Shown here piece by piece: positions 1 through 11,006 of a DNA stretch of 35,624 bases. Positions within the stretch are counted from its first letter, which is position 1. Each line of letters starts with the position of its first letter. Both the position numbers and the translations under genes were made by a program. Under the pieces are notes generated by a model. That model worked only from the letters and a program-made list of their open reading frames with translations. It was not told the origin of the DNA and did no database searches. The stretch comes from Perkinsus chesapeaki ATCC PRA-425 (taxonomy: Eukaryota; Protista; Perkinsozoa): contig JAAPAO010000369.1 of the NCBI GenBank assembly GCA_013115145.1, forward strand, positions 1 through 35,624. The letters run 5' to 3'.

Positions 1-259
1 CTCTACACACTCAATCATTATGCATGCACCCTTCAACGAGTTGCGTCAAGAGAATGAACGTGATATCTTAACAGAAGCAGGATGGTATGTCATAGGCATA
101 AGTTAGTAGCAATAACAATAACCCACCCTACTTACAACAGGACAGAACGGAATTAAGAACATTTAACCTAGTTTCAATTCTTGTAAAGATTATGGTCAAC
201 GTCTCGAGTAGGTGTGATTGATCGGGCAGGATCATGCCAGAAATTGTTACTGTTTTTAG

Positions 260-1655
260 GTTATGACGCTTCACCGAGTTAGTTCACATTTTTACAGGAT
301 GAAGTCAAGAGTGTTTGGAGGAGATTCCTCTTCGGATAGTTGTTCGGATATAACTGAGCATAACACCAGATGCAACAGTCGATCGAACATGAACATTAGA
401 CGAGGCTTCACCAAGGCAGTTGATGCCGGACAAGTGGAGGTAATGCTGGCCCCGATCGATTTGATGAATCACATTGTAAAGGCGGCGCTTTGCTAGACCT
501 CGGGAGTATAGTACCAGGGAGAGTGGGACAGTTTTTGTGTTGGTCGATAGGTGCCAGAGAGCGAGCTTTGTAAGATCTGTTTCGACGCGGAGGCTAGAGT
601 GGTGCTATTGCCGTGTGGGCATGGTGGGCTTTGTGAAGGATGCGCTAAGGTAGATGGGCTGTTGGGTTAGAGTAGTAGGGGAGCTATTGCTGCTTCGGTG
701 GTGATCAGGACCTCATTATGGCTTCAAGCGAATGCTACATTTGCCGTCAACCAGTTAAACTAATTGCTAAGTTGGGCCGTAAGGCTCTGCCGCGTACGAC
801 CAGCACCACCAGTGCAGTGAGCCGCCAGGTGTCGGGTATGAGCACCGACAACTACTTGGCGGAGGTGGTGGGGCCGGATCAACTTCATCATCTTCAAAGT
901 CGCCAGATGGGCTTTATGGAACCCTCTGAGTCGACCAATTGCACGCATCTTGTTTCCAATCCCGGCGACGTTCCGGCTCCACAGTTAATGGGGACACCTG
1001 CGGTGGCTCATGAGGCATCCCAACTCACTGGTGATATGGTCGACTCAACCAGCGGCGGCGGCAACGCTATCCCTCAGCGGTTGTTAAGTACAGTGGCGGC
1101 GAGCTCGCCTGGTGTGGATGACAGTATTGATATGGGAGCCCCGCCTACCGAGGTCCGAGCTGTCTCTGTGGCGGCATTGGACCCGCGGGGCATGCCTAGG
1201 CCACCACCTAGTTTGCCGACGGGTAAGCTGGTTGGTTTTATTTAGCGCACGGAGCTGAAATTAGTGGGAAGCATCTTCGGGGGAAGGTGTAAAAACTCCT
1301 TCCGATCGATTACGCTGTGTGTTGAAGACATAGGAAAAGGTTTAGATCTGCCTGAATGCGCCACATGTGACATTTCGACCACGTTAGTTCTGAATAGTGT
1401 TTTAATATATATCATTTGGGCTCGCGCTGCTTCCCGTCAGGTGCGGCTGAGACTGGTGTTGTTGGTGGTCCCTCTCTTTCCGCCGCGGAAGGGATGGAAT
1501 CCCAGGGCAGTCTGGTGAGTTCTAATGGGCAGCCCGAGCGAGAGCAGAGTCCTAGTGAATCACCGCCAGTGATGATGTCAATGCCACCTCCGAGAGCTGT
1601 CACCACCGGCCAAGGGATAGCTCCGAACCCCTCGCAAAATGTGACCAGGGTATGA
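260..1655 (+). CDS. RING-HC (zf-C3HC4_3-type) E3 ubiquitin ligase-like protein, copy 1; 5' part unresolved and probably starting upstream of the window
   Basis: GT-AG exons 260-439, 551-649, 709-1222 and 1441-1655 splice in frame. They give CKICFDAEARVVLLPCGHGGLCEGCAK|DLIMASSECYICR (C-x2-C...C-x-H-x3-C-x2-C...C-x2-C) followed by a long Ser/Pro/Thr-rich tail. The ORF-track stop at 1245 lies inside the phase-1 intron 1223-1440. Confidence 0.85.
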
Positions 1656-2279
1656 ATTCTAAGTTGGCCGCCCTCCCCAGAAGGGGTCTGGTATTTTTTA
1701 CTCGAGCGGCGGTTCTTTACCATTATTTATGTTCTATGCTACTCCTCTATTATCTGTGACCATTATTCAGTCTATTACTTCCTGAAGAGCCAGGTCGTCG
1801 TAATCCCCCTTTGTTGTTGTTCATTAGTCGAGTTGCTTCCTAAGTACTATTCGGGCTAGTACCCGAATTCAGAAGAGCACCGCCGCCGCCGTCGCTGCCT
1901 ACTTTTCAAAGGCACCAGCTGCCCTCTCCTCCTCCTCTTCCTCTCCTCTCTCTGATCATGATGTTGTTTGTTGTTGTTATGTATTAGCCCATTTAAGCGG
2001 CTGACGACATTGATTCTAGTTGAGGTTCCTAGCGAACCGTTTCGTAGCATTAGAGAGAGCAGGATCTGTCCAATTACCATTCATCAACTCCTTTCATGCT
2101 TTGTGTTAGATAGTGGTGTTATGGGGACAGCTGCCGACACAATACGGCAATAGGCAATAGTGCAAGGTTAGTAACTCGGTTAGTATATTATATAGTGATT
2201 TTATATAGTAATATGCTAATGCATCATCGTAGTTGTTAACTACATCCGCACTCGGAAATCGTAAGGTTTTGGCCCATAG

Positions 2280-2838
2280 GTCGGAGCCTATAGCCGGAGG
2301 CTCCCAGACGTTCCTTGTGGATCCAGAGGTCTCTCTGGTTGCGTATTGGGAAGACTACCGCCAAGGCGTTGATTCTAGGGATAAATTATCGCTCCGCGTT
2401 TAGGCAACAGGAAGTCTATAATAGTGGACTGGAGTCCCCGTTGGACTTTGACTCGTCCTACTCCGGATCTTCCAAGTTGATAATTTTGTATATTTATGTT
2501 TTCTAATCATAGCATGATCAGAGGTGCGTCAGAGGGGATTGTTGAGTATACCGTGGCTCCAGTAAGGCAGCTTAATTCCTCGGCCGTGCCCATTGTCAGT
2601 TGGGTGCTAGTTGGTAAGTTGCTGTTCCTGCTGCTGCTGCCTGATGACCACCGTTCCAGGGTGCATTCTCCTTGTAGGTGTGCTGGCGGTAGTCCTAGCC
2701 TTCGCTTTAGTGGCCTGTTTGACATTCACAAGTCGGATGCCGAGCGATGTTGGAACGCATATCTGTCGATGTGGTGGCTGCGGTCGCCGATTCAGAGTGC
2801 CCTCCAGTATACCAGCTTCAAGCTTTATGTGCCGAAAG
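2280..2838 (+). CDS. Exons encoding a TM helix and a CxxC-x14-C zinc-ribbon-like motif; probably the 5' part of the second RING gene
   Basis: Four exons splice in frame: ...YWEDYRQG|EVYNSGLESP...|MIRGASEGIVEYTV...IVSWVLV|GCILLVGVLAVVLAFALVACLTF...CRCGGCGRRFRVPSSIPASSFMCRK. The link to downstream exons across the AT-rich 2900-3300 stretch could not be resolved. Confidence 0.45.
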
Positions 2839-3436
2839 TAACCTATTTGGAATCTTTAAGAGCGCAAAACAAGATTCTCAGCTTTTGAGTTTTGACTTCG
2901 CTGAAAACAGTGTACAGCGTTCCTGAATAATTAAGAATAATAAAGAAAAATGAATAAGCTACTGCCACATTAAGGAAGAATAACAGGAATCTTTTGTAGC
3001 TTTCGGTATTATTAATTAAAACTAGTATTACAGAGATAATTAATATATGTCTTGTACTGTATAATAGATTATAAAGGACTCGTTATTGCAACTATAAGTT
3101 TAGAAAGCACGGCATGTTTGGAAAGTTTTCACATACAAAATGTTAAGTATGTTTAGAACCCCAAAGTCCTACTTGAATCAGAAGGCCTCGAGTCGGGGTT
3201 CCTAAATTCAATTGAATAACTCCAAAATTCAACATAGTCGTTGTTAACAACTGTATTACTTATTATTGCTGGTGATGTTGTTATGTAGTGGGCGATTAGG
3301 TCCCTCACTTCGTCATGTGCCTCGGGTGTTGGTGTTTTGCTGCGTGTTTTTGTTTATGCGCCATATGGTCCGGAAACGGCTTCAGCCTATTCTATTCTAC
3401 GTGCAACTTTACAGGGAGTTTAATATCTAACTTTAG

Positions 3437-5747
3437 TTGCATTCGCGAGGGTCGCCGACGTATGAGTGTCGTACAAGAGGAGGAACGAGAGGAGCGTCTG
3501 GATGAGATGAACAGTGCACCGAAGCGGGTAAGGTCATGGTACTGCTAACCTAGTGGTATTGACAACCTCCGAGAGGGTTTGAATTCCGTCCTAGATCCTC
3601 AATTTGAGATTTTTAACTGTAACGCTGTCTCAACTTCGCCGTTTCGCCCTTGTTATAATATGGAATATTGTCGCTGATCATTGCTTCTTGGATGATCACA
3701 ACACCAAGATTTTCGACGTCGTAGAGAAAGGGCGTTTCTAATATCGGAGAGAAATCGCCATGTGTCTCTTTCACTTTATTGGTAGGTGATGACACTTCAT
3801 CGTGTAAGCTCTCATTTCTATCGTATGAAGACTAGAGTATTCGGTAGCAGTGGATCCACTGATGATGATGATAGTGAACAGGGGGACATAGAGACGGGGG
3901 ATCAGACACAACAGCCGGTTATAAACATACATAGAGGATATACTAGGGCAGTTGATGATGGACAGATGCAGGTAAGGGGGGCGATCTTACAGGGACATCT
4001 AATCTTATGGGGATACACTCCCTGCCATTCTACAGTAGGATCCAAAAGAAATGTTTCAATGGAAGTTTGAAGGGAGTTTCATATTCACTGCGAAGATTTT
4101 GCCTGGTAATTCCATTTCGAATAGTTCACTCCCTACCTGACTCTGTTAGCTTTCCGTCCCAGTACTCCCTCCTTTCTGGGTGGTACCTTTGTTCAGGATC
4201 ATCGGCTATCCTGGATAAGTACTTGATCAGTGATCCAGTACTGGATTACTTATCCACCCTCGTGAACTCCCCGTGAGCATCGCGGCGAAATCACACGAAA
4301 TTCTTGTGAATGCTCCGGGCTATAGAAGAGGAAAACTTTACGGTCTCCTTCGACTACTAGCCGCAGCGGTTGAACGTTCCTTGGAGGTGTATAGATAGTC
4401 GTTGAGGGGTTTATACTAGCAAACGACTTGCCACCGACAGCTGTTAGCAGCCTTTTAGATTTCTACAATTTCACTGCCGGAAGTGTTTTCGCTTGGAGTT
4501 GAAGTCATTTTCGTGGGATACCGTTTTGGCAGATACCGGAGGACAATCTCTGTCAAATCTGCTTCGATGCGGAGGCTAGAGTCGTCCTGTTGCCATGCGG
4601 ACATGGAGGCTTGTGCGAAGGATGCGCTAAGGTAGGCGGTCGGACTCGATGACATCAGCTGCTATTGGTGTGAAAACAGTTTAGATGTACTCACAATAGC
4701 CACTTAGATTGTAGATCGCTTTAGCGTTATAGCCACATTTAATCCGAGCAACATATTCCCAGCGGCGAGAAGCCATTATTCCCTCACTGGGCTGCATTTC
4801 TAGGCGCGGTTTGTCGGGTATGGAAATACTTTAACAAATGGCCGTTATTAACTCCAGCGTCCTGGAAATCCCTCTTCTTTCCGTCCTTATCCCGTGATAC
4901 ATTTTATCACCGTTTCACGCGTTTGTTACTTAGGATATCATAGCAACCACAGGCAACTGCTTCCTATGCCGGCAGCCGGTTAAGCTGGTTGCTATTGTCG
5001 GTCGTGAAGAGCCTCCTGTGAAGCGAACTGCTAGCACTGCGAGTCGGCTGGAACGCGGTGCCTCTAGTATGAGCACAGACAATTATTTCGCCCAAGTTGT
5101 GGGCCCGGACCAACTTCACCATTTGGAAAGCCGACCGACCGATGATCAGCTGGAGCAGATGCCAGCGGTAGCTCAGCCGCCGCCCCATTTGGACGCACCA
5201 CAGCTAGGGACACCTGCTGTGACGCAGTCTCAGACTTTACAGCCTATTCGAGAGGACACAGCGACCACAGCAGCAACCACATTGCCTAACGGCTCAGGTG
5301 AGGAGCGCTGCGCACTAGGTGTCGTTTTAGGGGAGCCCTGAAAATTTCTGGCAGGACTCGGGTTTTTTGAAACCCCTGGCTGGAATGAACGTTGGATAGT
5401 CCCAGAAGGAATGCTTTTGCTTTCACCTTTCAATCTAGCGACGTATTTTCCAGCAAGGATCCGTTGTGTCTTCGCTTAAGGATTACTGTGGGGCACCAAG
5501 GAACACATTTCGGTGAGGCTGCTAGATGACTCCCAACTTTGTCGGTGTTCCGGTATTTGACAAGTCGCGGCGAAATTTTCTCAAACCTCGGCGGCACATG
5601 ATGGCCTCCTGTTCTGCAGCACACAGTGTCGTTGTAGGTAACGATGCGACTGGTCGGACAGGAGAACCTCAAGCCGAGCAATCCAGCAGTGATGAAGAAG
5701 TTGCCGTCATTCCCCCGACCTCAGACAACTTGCCTGAAGCAATCTGA
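3437..5747 (+). CDS. RING-HC (zf-C3HC4_3-type) E3 ubiquitin ligase-like protein, copy 2 (tandem paralogue)
   Basis: Shares blocks with copy 1: MTLHRVSSHFYRMK(S/T)RVFG, NI(R/H)RG(F/Y)T(K/R)AVD, RING exon 4533-4631 (CQICFDAEARVVLLPCGHGGLCEGCAK) and exon from 4934 (CFLCRQPVKLVA...MSTDNYFAQVVGPDQLHHL), with the same intron positions. The last exon (5620-5747) is the best-fitting acceptor; the 5' and 3' ends are less certain. Confidence 0.75.
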
Positions 5748-6467
5748 GCTCGCAGGCCTTTCCGGGTTAATTCCAGAGCTGTTGACTCTGTTTCCCTTTG
5801 TACAGCACACTCGTTTTGTACGTATTCACTGTGGTTTGGCACCGCCCTTTACTGTTATTTTGTAACTGTGATGGATTGACACGTTAGTCGGGGGGGCATA
5901 GTTTTCTTATTCCGGCCTTCCTGGTGAACGTGATGATCCTATATATCATTTACACTGTCACTCACTGTTGTATTCATGTTGCTTCTGAGCAACGCCTCAG
6001 GGTGCAACGACTATAAACTCATTGAACGTATCATTCCAACGCTGCCGCGGAGCTGCGTTTAATCGGACGGAAGGTCTGATATGTGGACACGCCAGTACGG
6101 TTGGTCAGCAGTCATCTAACCGAGGCGGATTCATTCCTAATTCCCCCAAGCTGAGGCGTCACCGGCTCCGCTATTCCCACCCTTTATTCAGTGTACTCAT
6201 ATCTGCTTTAGTAACGCACAGACTGCGAAGTTGATGTTTCGTATGCTGCCGGTCGTTGTGTTCATAGTCAAAAGAAAGCACTACAGCCAAGTTGGGAAGA
6301 TTCTCACTGTGCAATTGGAGAAGTAACTATAAGATGCTAACCATCCAGAATGCGCGCTCCATGTTGTGTCGCCAACGCTATACCAGCAGACCATGCGCGA
6401 CAGATAGAGATGGGTCGGATAAACGTCTGAGTGAACGGATAGGCTATATTCATTGAAATCGATAATC

Positions 6468-7978
6468 ATGTTAATGTGCCCCACTGCAGTCGCAGCCGCT
6501 CTAATCCTTAGCATTGCCAGCGTGCAGGTGAGATCGCTTTATTCGAAGTAGCCGAACGTAGCAGTAGGCTCTAGCGCCGCCGGCACCCTCTGTGAAGCTG
6601 AGCAATGGTATGGATATGCCGATGCTCGGTCTGGGAACTTCAGACTCGGGGAGCATGCTCGTTCGTGGAGCTGTCTTCGAGGGTATCAGGAGCGGATACC
6701 GCTACATCGACACTGCGTTCATGTGAGAGCTGGTGCTTTCGCTAAGTGGAGTACACTCTATAACAGTTACGGCAATCACAAGAGCATCGGTGAAGGCATC
6801 AACGATGCAATTCAAGCTGGCATTGTTCGTCGTGAGGACCTGTTTGTCTCCACCAAGCTCTGGATGTCCCAGTACAGGCCGGATGTGGTACGCTCCTCTG
6901 TTGAGGAGATGCTGCAAGACCTGGGCTTGGACTATCTAGACCAGCTCCTCATGCATTGGCCTGTGGCCTTCGAGCGCCGAGATCCCCAGACTCAGTACGC
7001 AGGGGTCAATATTGCGGTGGCTTGTGTGCGGTGGAATGTCGCTTGTCAGCCCATTCTCGTGGAGAATCCCGCGCACAGCGAGCGGTCGTGTAGCGGTTGA
7101 CTCGTCGATAAGGCTGATTGATACTTGGAGAGAGATGGAGAAGCTTGTAGACGAGGGACTGGTATGCTGGCAGCTTGCGTGGGTCTTAAGGAGGCCGGAT
7201 TAGGTCAGAAGTATCGGCTTGAGCAATTTCGAGCCGCTCCAAATCGATGAGATCTTGGCAGCCTGCCGCATTCGGCCCGTGGTGAACCAAATCGAGGTGA
7301 GTTACAAGTATCCGATTGGAGAGATTATCTTATCAGGTTCATCCGTATCTTCCGCAAGACAGAGTCATCGACTTCTGTACATCACGCGGCATCCAAGTGA
7401 TCGGTTATGCCCCGTTGGGCAGCCCCTCTAGCCTGTACGAGATACCTCTCCTCGGTAAAGGTTGACCAGAGTTTATTTCAGCCCCTTCGCTGGAGAAACA
7501 CCCAAAAGCTCGCTGGAGCATCCTAGCGTTAAAGCCATAGCTGGCAAGCTTGGTAAAACACCAGCCCAGGTGAGATCTTCCACGCTTTATGCTGCTTTCG
7601 CGCGCTACTGTATCTCTTGGATGGGCAAATGCCGATTTTGGAACAGTCGTTTGTTCCCCTCCGCAGTTATTGGGGATCAGGTTATTCTTCGCTGGAACCT
7701 TCAAAGAGGGATCATCGTCATTCCCAAGACGATCCATCGCGACAGACTACTGGAAAACCTCAACGTGTTTGACTTTCAGCTTTCTAGATTAGACATGGTG
7801 GGCTCGTATGCCTCTCGTAGTCGCTGAAGTTGCTGTTTAGGCACAGATAGACACTATTGGCCAAGATCCAGTCGACCGTGTAAGGATTTTTAATCCTGAT
7901 TTTTACCCTCGGGGCAAGAGGGTCTTCACTGATGTTGACGCCACTGAACTTCATCAGTTTGTTGACTTCGAGCTTTGA
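6468..7978 (+). CDS. Aldo-keto reductase copy 1 (9 exons) with predicted signal peptide and C-terminal DFEL
   Basis: Exon 1 MLMCPTAVAAALILSIASVQ splices in phase to ALAPPAPSVKLSNGMDMPMLGLGT. Catalytic tetrad motifs DTA, Y, TKLW and LMHWP are present, plus SNF, NQIE, YAPLG and IPKT. It ends ...HQFVDFEL* with no frameshift in the spliced model. Confidence 0.93.
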
Positions 7979-8413
7979 TCTTTTTAACCCACCGTTCGCC
8001 ACCGTTCGCTTGCTCTAGTATTCTACCACTGTGCTCGCTTACTCAACTGTATTAGCTGGAAAATTTGTCGCGTTGAGTGCTCAAATATACGGTCACAAGG
8101 ACGGCGCGACGCGACTGCTCCCCAAAGGTTGCTTGTTTAATGAAAAGTGTTGTTGAGTCCGAGAATGGTTCGATGGGCCGCACATAAGACTAGTTTTTTC
8201 TTGTCATCTCATCGGGCTGAGATTGAACGATTAAACTTGAGCTCTTACTTGATCAATGATACCAAGTTTGACAGTATGTAGTGAGACCAAAAATAGTGTA
8301 TCTGCGTGCGTCACAAAGTTGTGGCTCCGGTTGGGTAACTTACCGAAGAACGGAGTGTTTCGATTCGAAATGGCTCATGTGACGAGTGACAGAACCGCTA
8401 TCTCTTGAGTGGA

Positions 8414-8464
8414 ACTTTCCAAAGCTCTTGGGGACTTTCCAAAGCTCTTGGGGACTTTTAAAGC
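8414..8464. repeat. Short tandem repeat, 20-nt unit ACTTTCCAAAGCTCTTGGGG x2 plus a degenerate partial copy
   Basis: Exact copies at 8414-8433 and 8434-8453, then ACTTTTAAAGC, in the AKR1-AKR2 spacer. Confidence 0.9.
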
Positions 8465-8876
8465 ATCTTTTGTGTTGGCTGGAGACATCATTGCTGTGCT
8501 GGGGCACTGCTCCACCAACCACATGAATGCTCCATGATGGTGCTCTTCCCCACAGTCCCATAGTGTGCATCACCAACTACCCAGGTCCGACTCCGGTATT
8601 GAACAGGAAGTCATCCGTTGCCTTGGATATATGTCGAAATTCGATGAGTGTCACGATGGGGACAAGAGTTGTGTCAAGTCACCGTCAGTCTAGCGAGTCC
8701 CAAGCTTAAGCGTGCATGTTCACAAAGGACAAGGTTAGCGATGAAATTCGTGATTAGCGAGACTCCGTTAGGGTAGGGCTTTCGCATCGTTGTCGACTAC
8801 TTTGCCACTGAGCAAGGTTGTTAATTGGCCTTCTTTAGTTTAATAGTTTCTGTTATCAATTTCATCTCACGCAACT

Positions 8877-10223
8877 ATGTCCAGCGACATGACTGTAAGT
8901 TGAGGAGGCTGTTGATTATCTGATTAGCTGATGGTTATCAGTTCGCTCTTGTCAGGTTACTCTCAACAACGGCATGAAGATGCCCATTATCGGTCTAGGG
9001 ACCTATCTCACTCCGGATGATGTCGTTCCCGATGCGGTTGTCGCCGGCATCAAAACTGGTTACCGCTACATAGATACTGCCTTCATGTAAGCTTCCAAAA
9101 TCATTGCTGTTTTCGTTGAACTTTCCTTTGTTAGTTACGGCAATCATCATGGTGTTGGCCAAGGTATCGCTCGAGCGATCAAGGAGGGCCTTGTCACCCG
9201 TGAAGAGCTTTTCGTTACGACCAAGCTATGGCTAACACAATTCCGCCCTGAATCTGTGAAGCCTGCTGTCCAGCAAATGCTCAAGGATCTTCAGCTCGAC
9301 TATGTTGATCAATTGCTTATGCACTGGCCTTGCCCCATGAAGACTGTCGACGGGAATATGGTTGCCGATCCTACCGTCAAGCTCACGGACACATGGAGGG
9401 AGCTTGAGAAGCTTGTGGACGAAGGACTGGTATGAGTTGAAGCTTTAGTTCGCGAGAGAGTAAGTGCCTTGACTTAGGTCCGCTCCATCGGTGTAAGCAA
9501 CTTTGATACCAACGAGATTGATGAGATTCTATCAATGTGTCGCATCAAGCCTGTGGTTGATCAGATTGAGGTATGCCATCTACTCTTATACAGTACGTAT
9601 TCAACAAACCTTCAACAGGTTCATCCTTACTTCCCTCAATGGCGTATGTTGGATTATTGCAAAAAGCATGATATCCACGTCGTAGCCTATGCTCCTCTAG
9701 GAAGCCCTGCCAACAAGTGATCCACCTGACTAATGCAACAAGCTTATTCTATAGCGATTGCTCGTTAGGCCTGACGATGGTTCTTCTAAGCACAACATCC
9801 TTGAACAGTCCGACGTGGTTGAGATCGCCAAGGTCCACAACAAGTCTCCAGCTCAGGTAGGAATACTCTTGCGTCGTTTTCCAAGGCTTCCTATATGACG
9901 GTGCGAAAGTTTTTTAAATTATTATCTTCAGGTTGTCCTAAGATGGAACATCCAGCGCGGTGTGATAGTCATTCCAAAGAGCACAAAACCTGCTCGCGTG
10001 GTTGACAATTTCAAGGTTTTCGACTTCGAGCTTAGCGAGCCTGAGATGGTAAGCCACACATCCTACTTACCGTCCAACTTCTTATGGTGGTTCTCAGGAG
10101 CGCATCAATGACATCGCTCGTGACCCGAAGAACCGTCATCGCACCTTCAACCCTGGATTCCGTGCCGGTGGTGTACGCGCTTTCGAGCATGTGAAGGACG
10201 CGGAGAACGCCTACACGTTTTAA
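8877..10223 (+). CDS. Aldo-keto reductase copy 2 (8 exons, no signal peptide)
   Basis: MSSDMT|[17 protein letters not shown]...DTAF|IYGNH...TKLW...LMHWP...SNF...IPKS...AYTF*. All junctions are GT-AG and in frame. Confidence 0.95.
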
Positions 10224-10823
10224 GGCAGTGTTCGCTGAGCTCACATTCCTGTGTGCTCTCTTTGTTGTTATTCTCGTGACTTCTGTCTCGGGTTTCTCGG
10301 ATTTCATTATTGTTTCCGGGAAAGATTCTTCAACGCGCCACTCAATTTCTGGAAAGGGGAATCTCATATTGTTGTGTTTATCGACTACGGGCATGAGCAG
10401 GCTCCCCACGGGAGCGAGCGGCTTAGTGATGTTGCAGCAAAGTCTCCGGAATATAGAAATGGGCTCTATTGTGGTGTGGGCTACTCGCGCAGCGCGAGTC
10501 GCGCTACTCTGCTGGTGCTCGTGTTCTTTTGGAAGAAAGGCCGGCAGGTAGGTAGGTGCCACAGTGTGGCATTCCTCAGCTTTGCGCAACTTCAGTCAAA
10601 TTGCGATTTCAGCTTATAAATGTATGCAGTGTGCGTTGTCCCGGGCGTCTATAATATTTTCCTTCCGTTACTGCAGGGTAGCCCATCATACACTCATGTT
10701 GATGCATGGGGCTCAGTGGCGGCATCGGTTGGAGTGACATGTGACGACTTGGCGACCTCATACATAGGTTACATGATGTCCGATCCCTGGGATATGGGTT
10801 TTAGAGTAATTGAGTTTCAGCAT

Positions 10824-10896
10824 GGGGGACTAGCTCAAATGGTAGAGCGCTCGCTTAGCAAGCGAGAGGCACCGGGATCGATGCCCGGGTTCTCCA
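10824..10896 (+). tRNA. tRNA-Ala (anticodon AGC)
   Basis: 73-nt cloverleaf: acceptor stem GGGGGAC/GTTCTCC with the G3:U70 Ala identity pair, D arm GCTC/GAGC, anticodon arm CTCGC-TTAGCAA-GCGAG, T arm CCGGG-ATCGATG-CCCGG and discriminator A, followed by T-rich sequence (Pol III terminator-like). Confidence 0.97.
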
Positions 10897-11006
10897 TTCT
10901 TTATTTTCTCATTGTTCGATTTGTGTTGGTGCGTGCGGTTCGTCCCCTCCTCTCGTTCCGTTTGCAGCTTCACTTTATTTCACTATTCCCTATCATCTGC
11001 TCGACT

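Noticed and set aside
10032-10619. Overlapping ORFs of 107-185 aa after AKR2
   Set aside because: They are partly antisense to AKR2 exons and partly in T-rich 3' or intergenic DNA, with no motifs or coherent splice chain.
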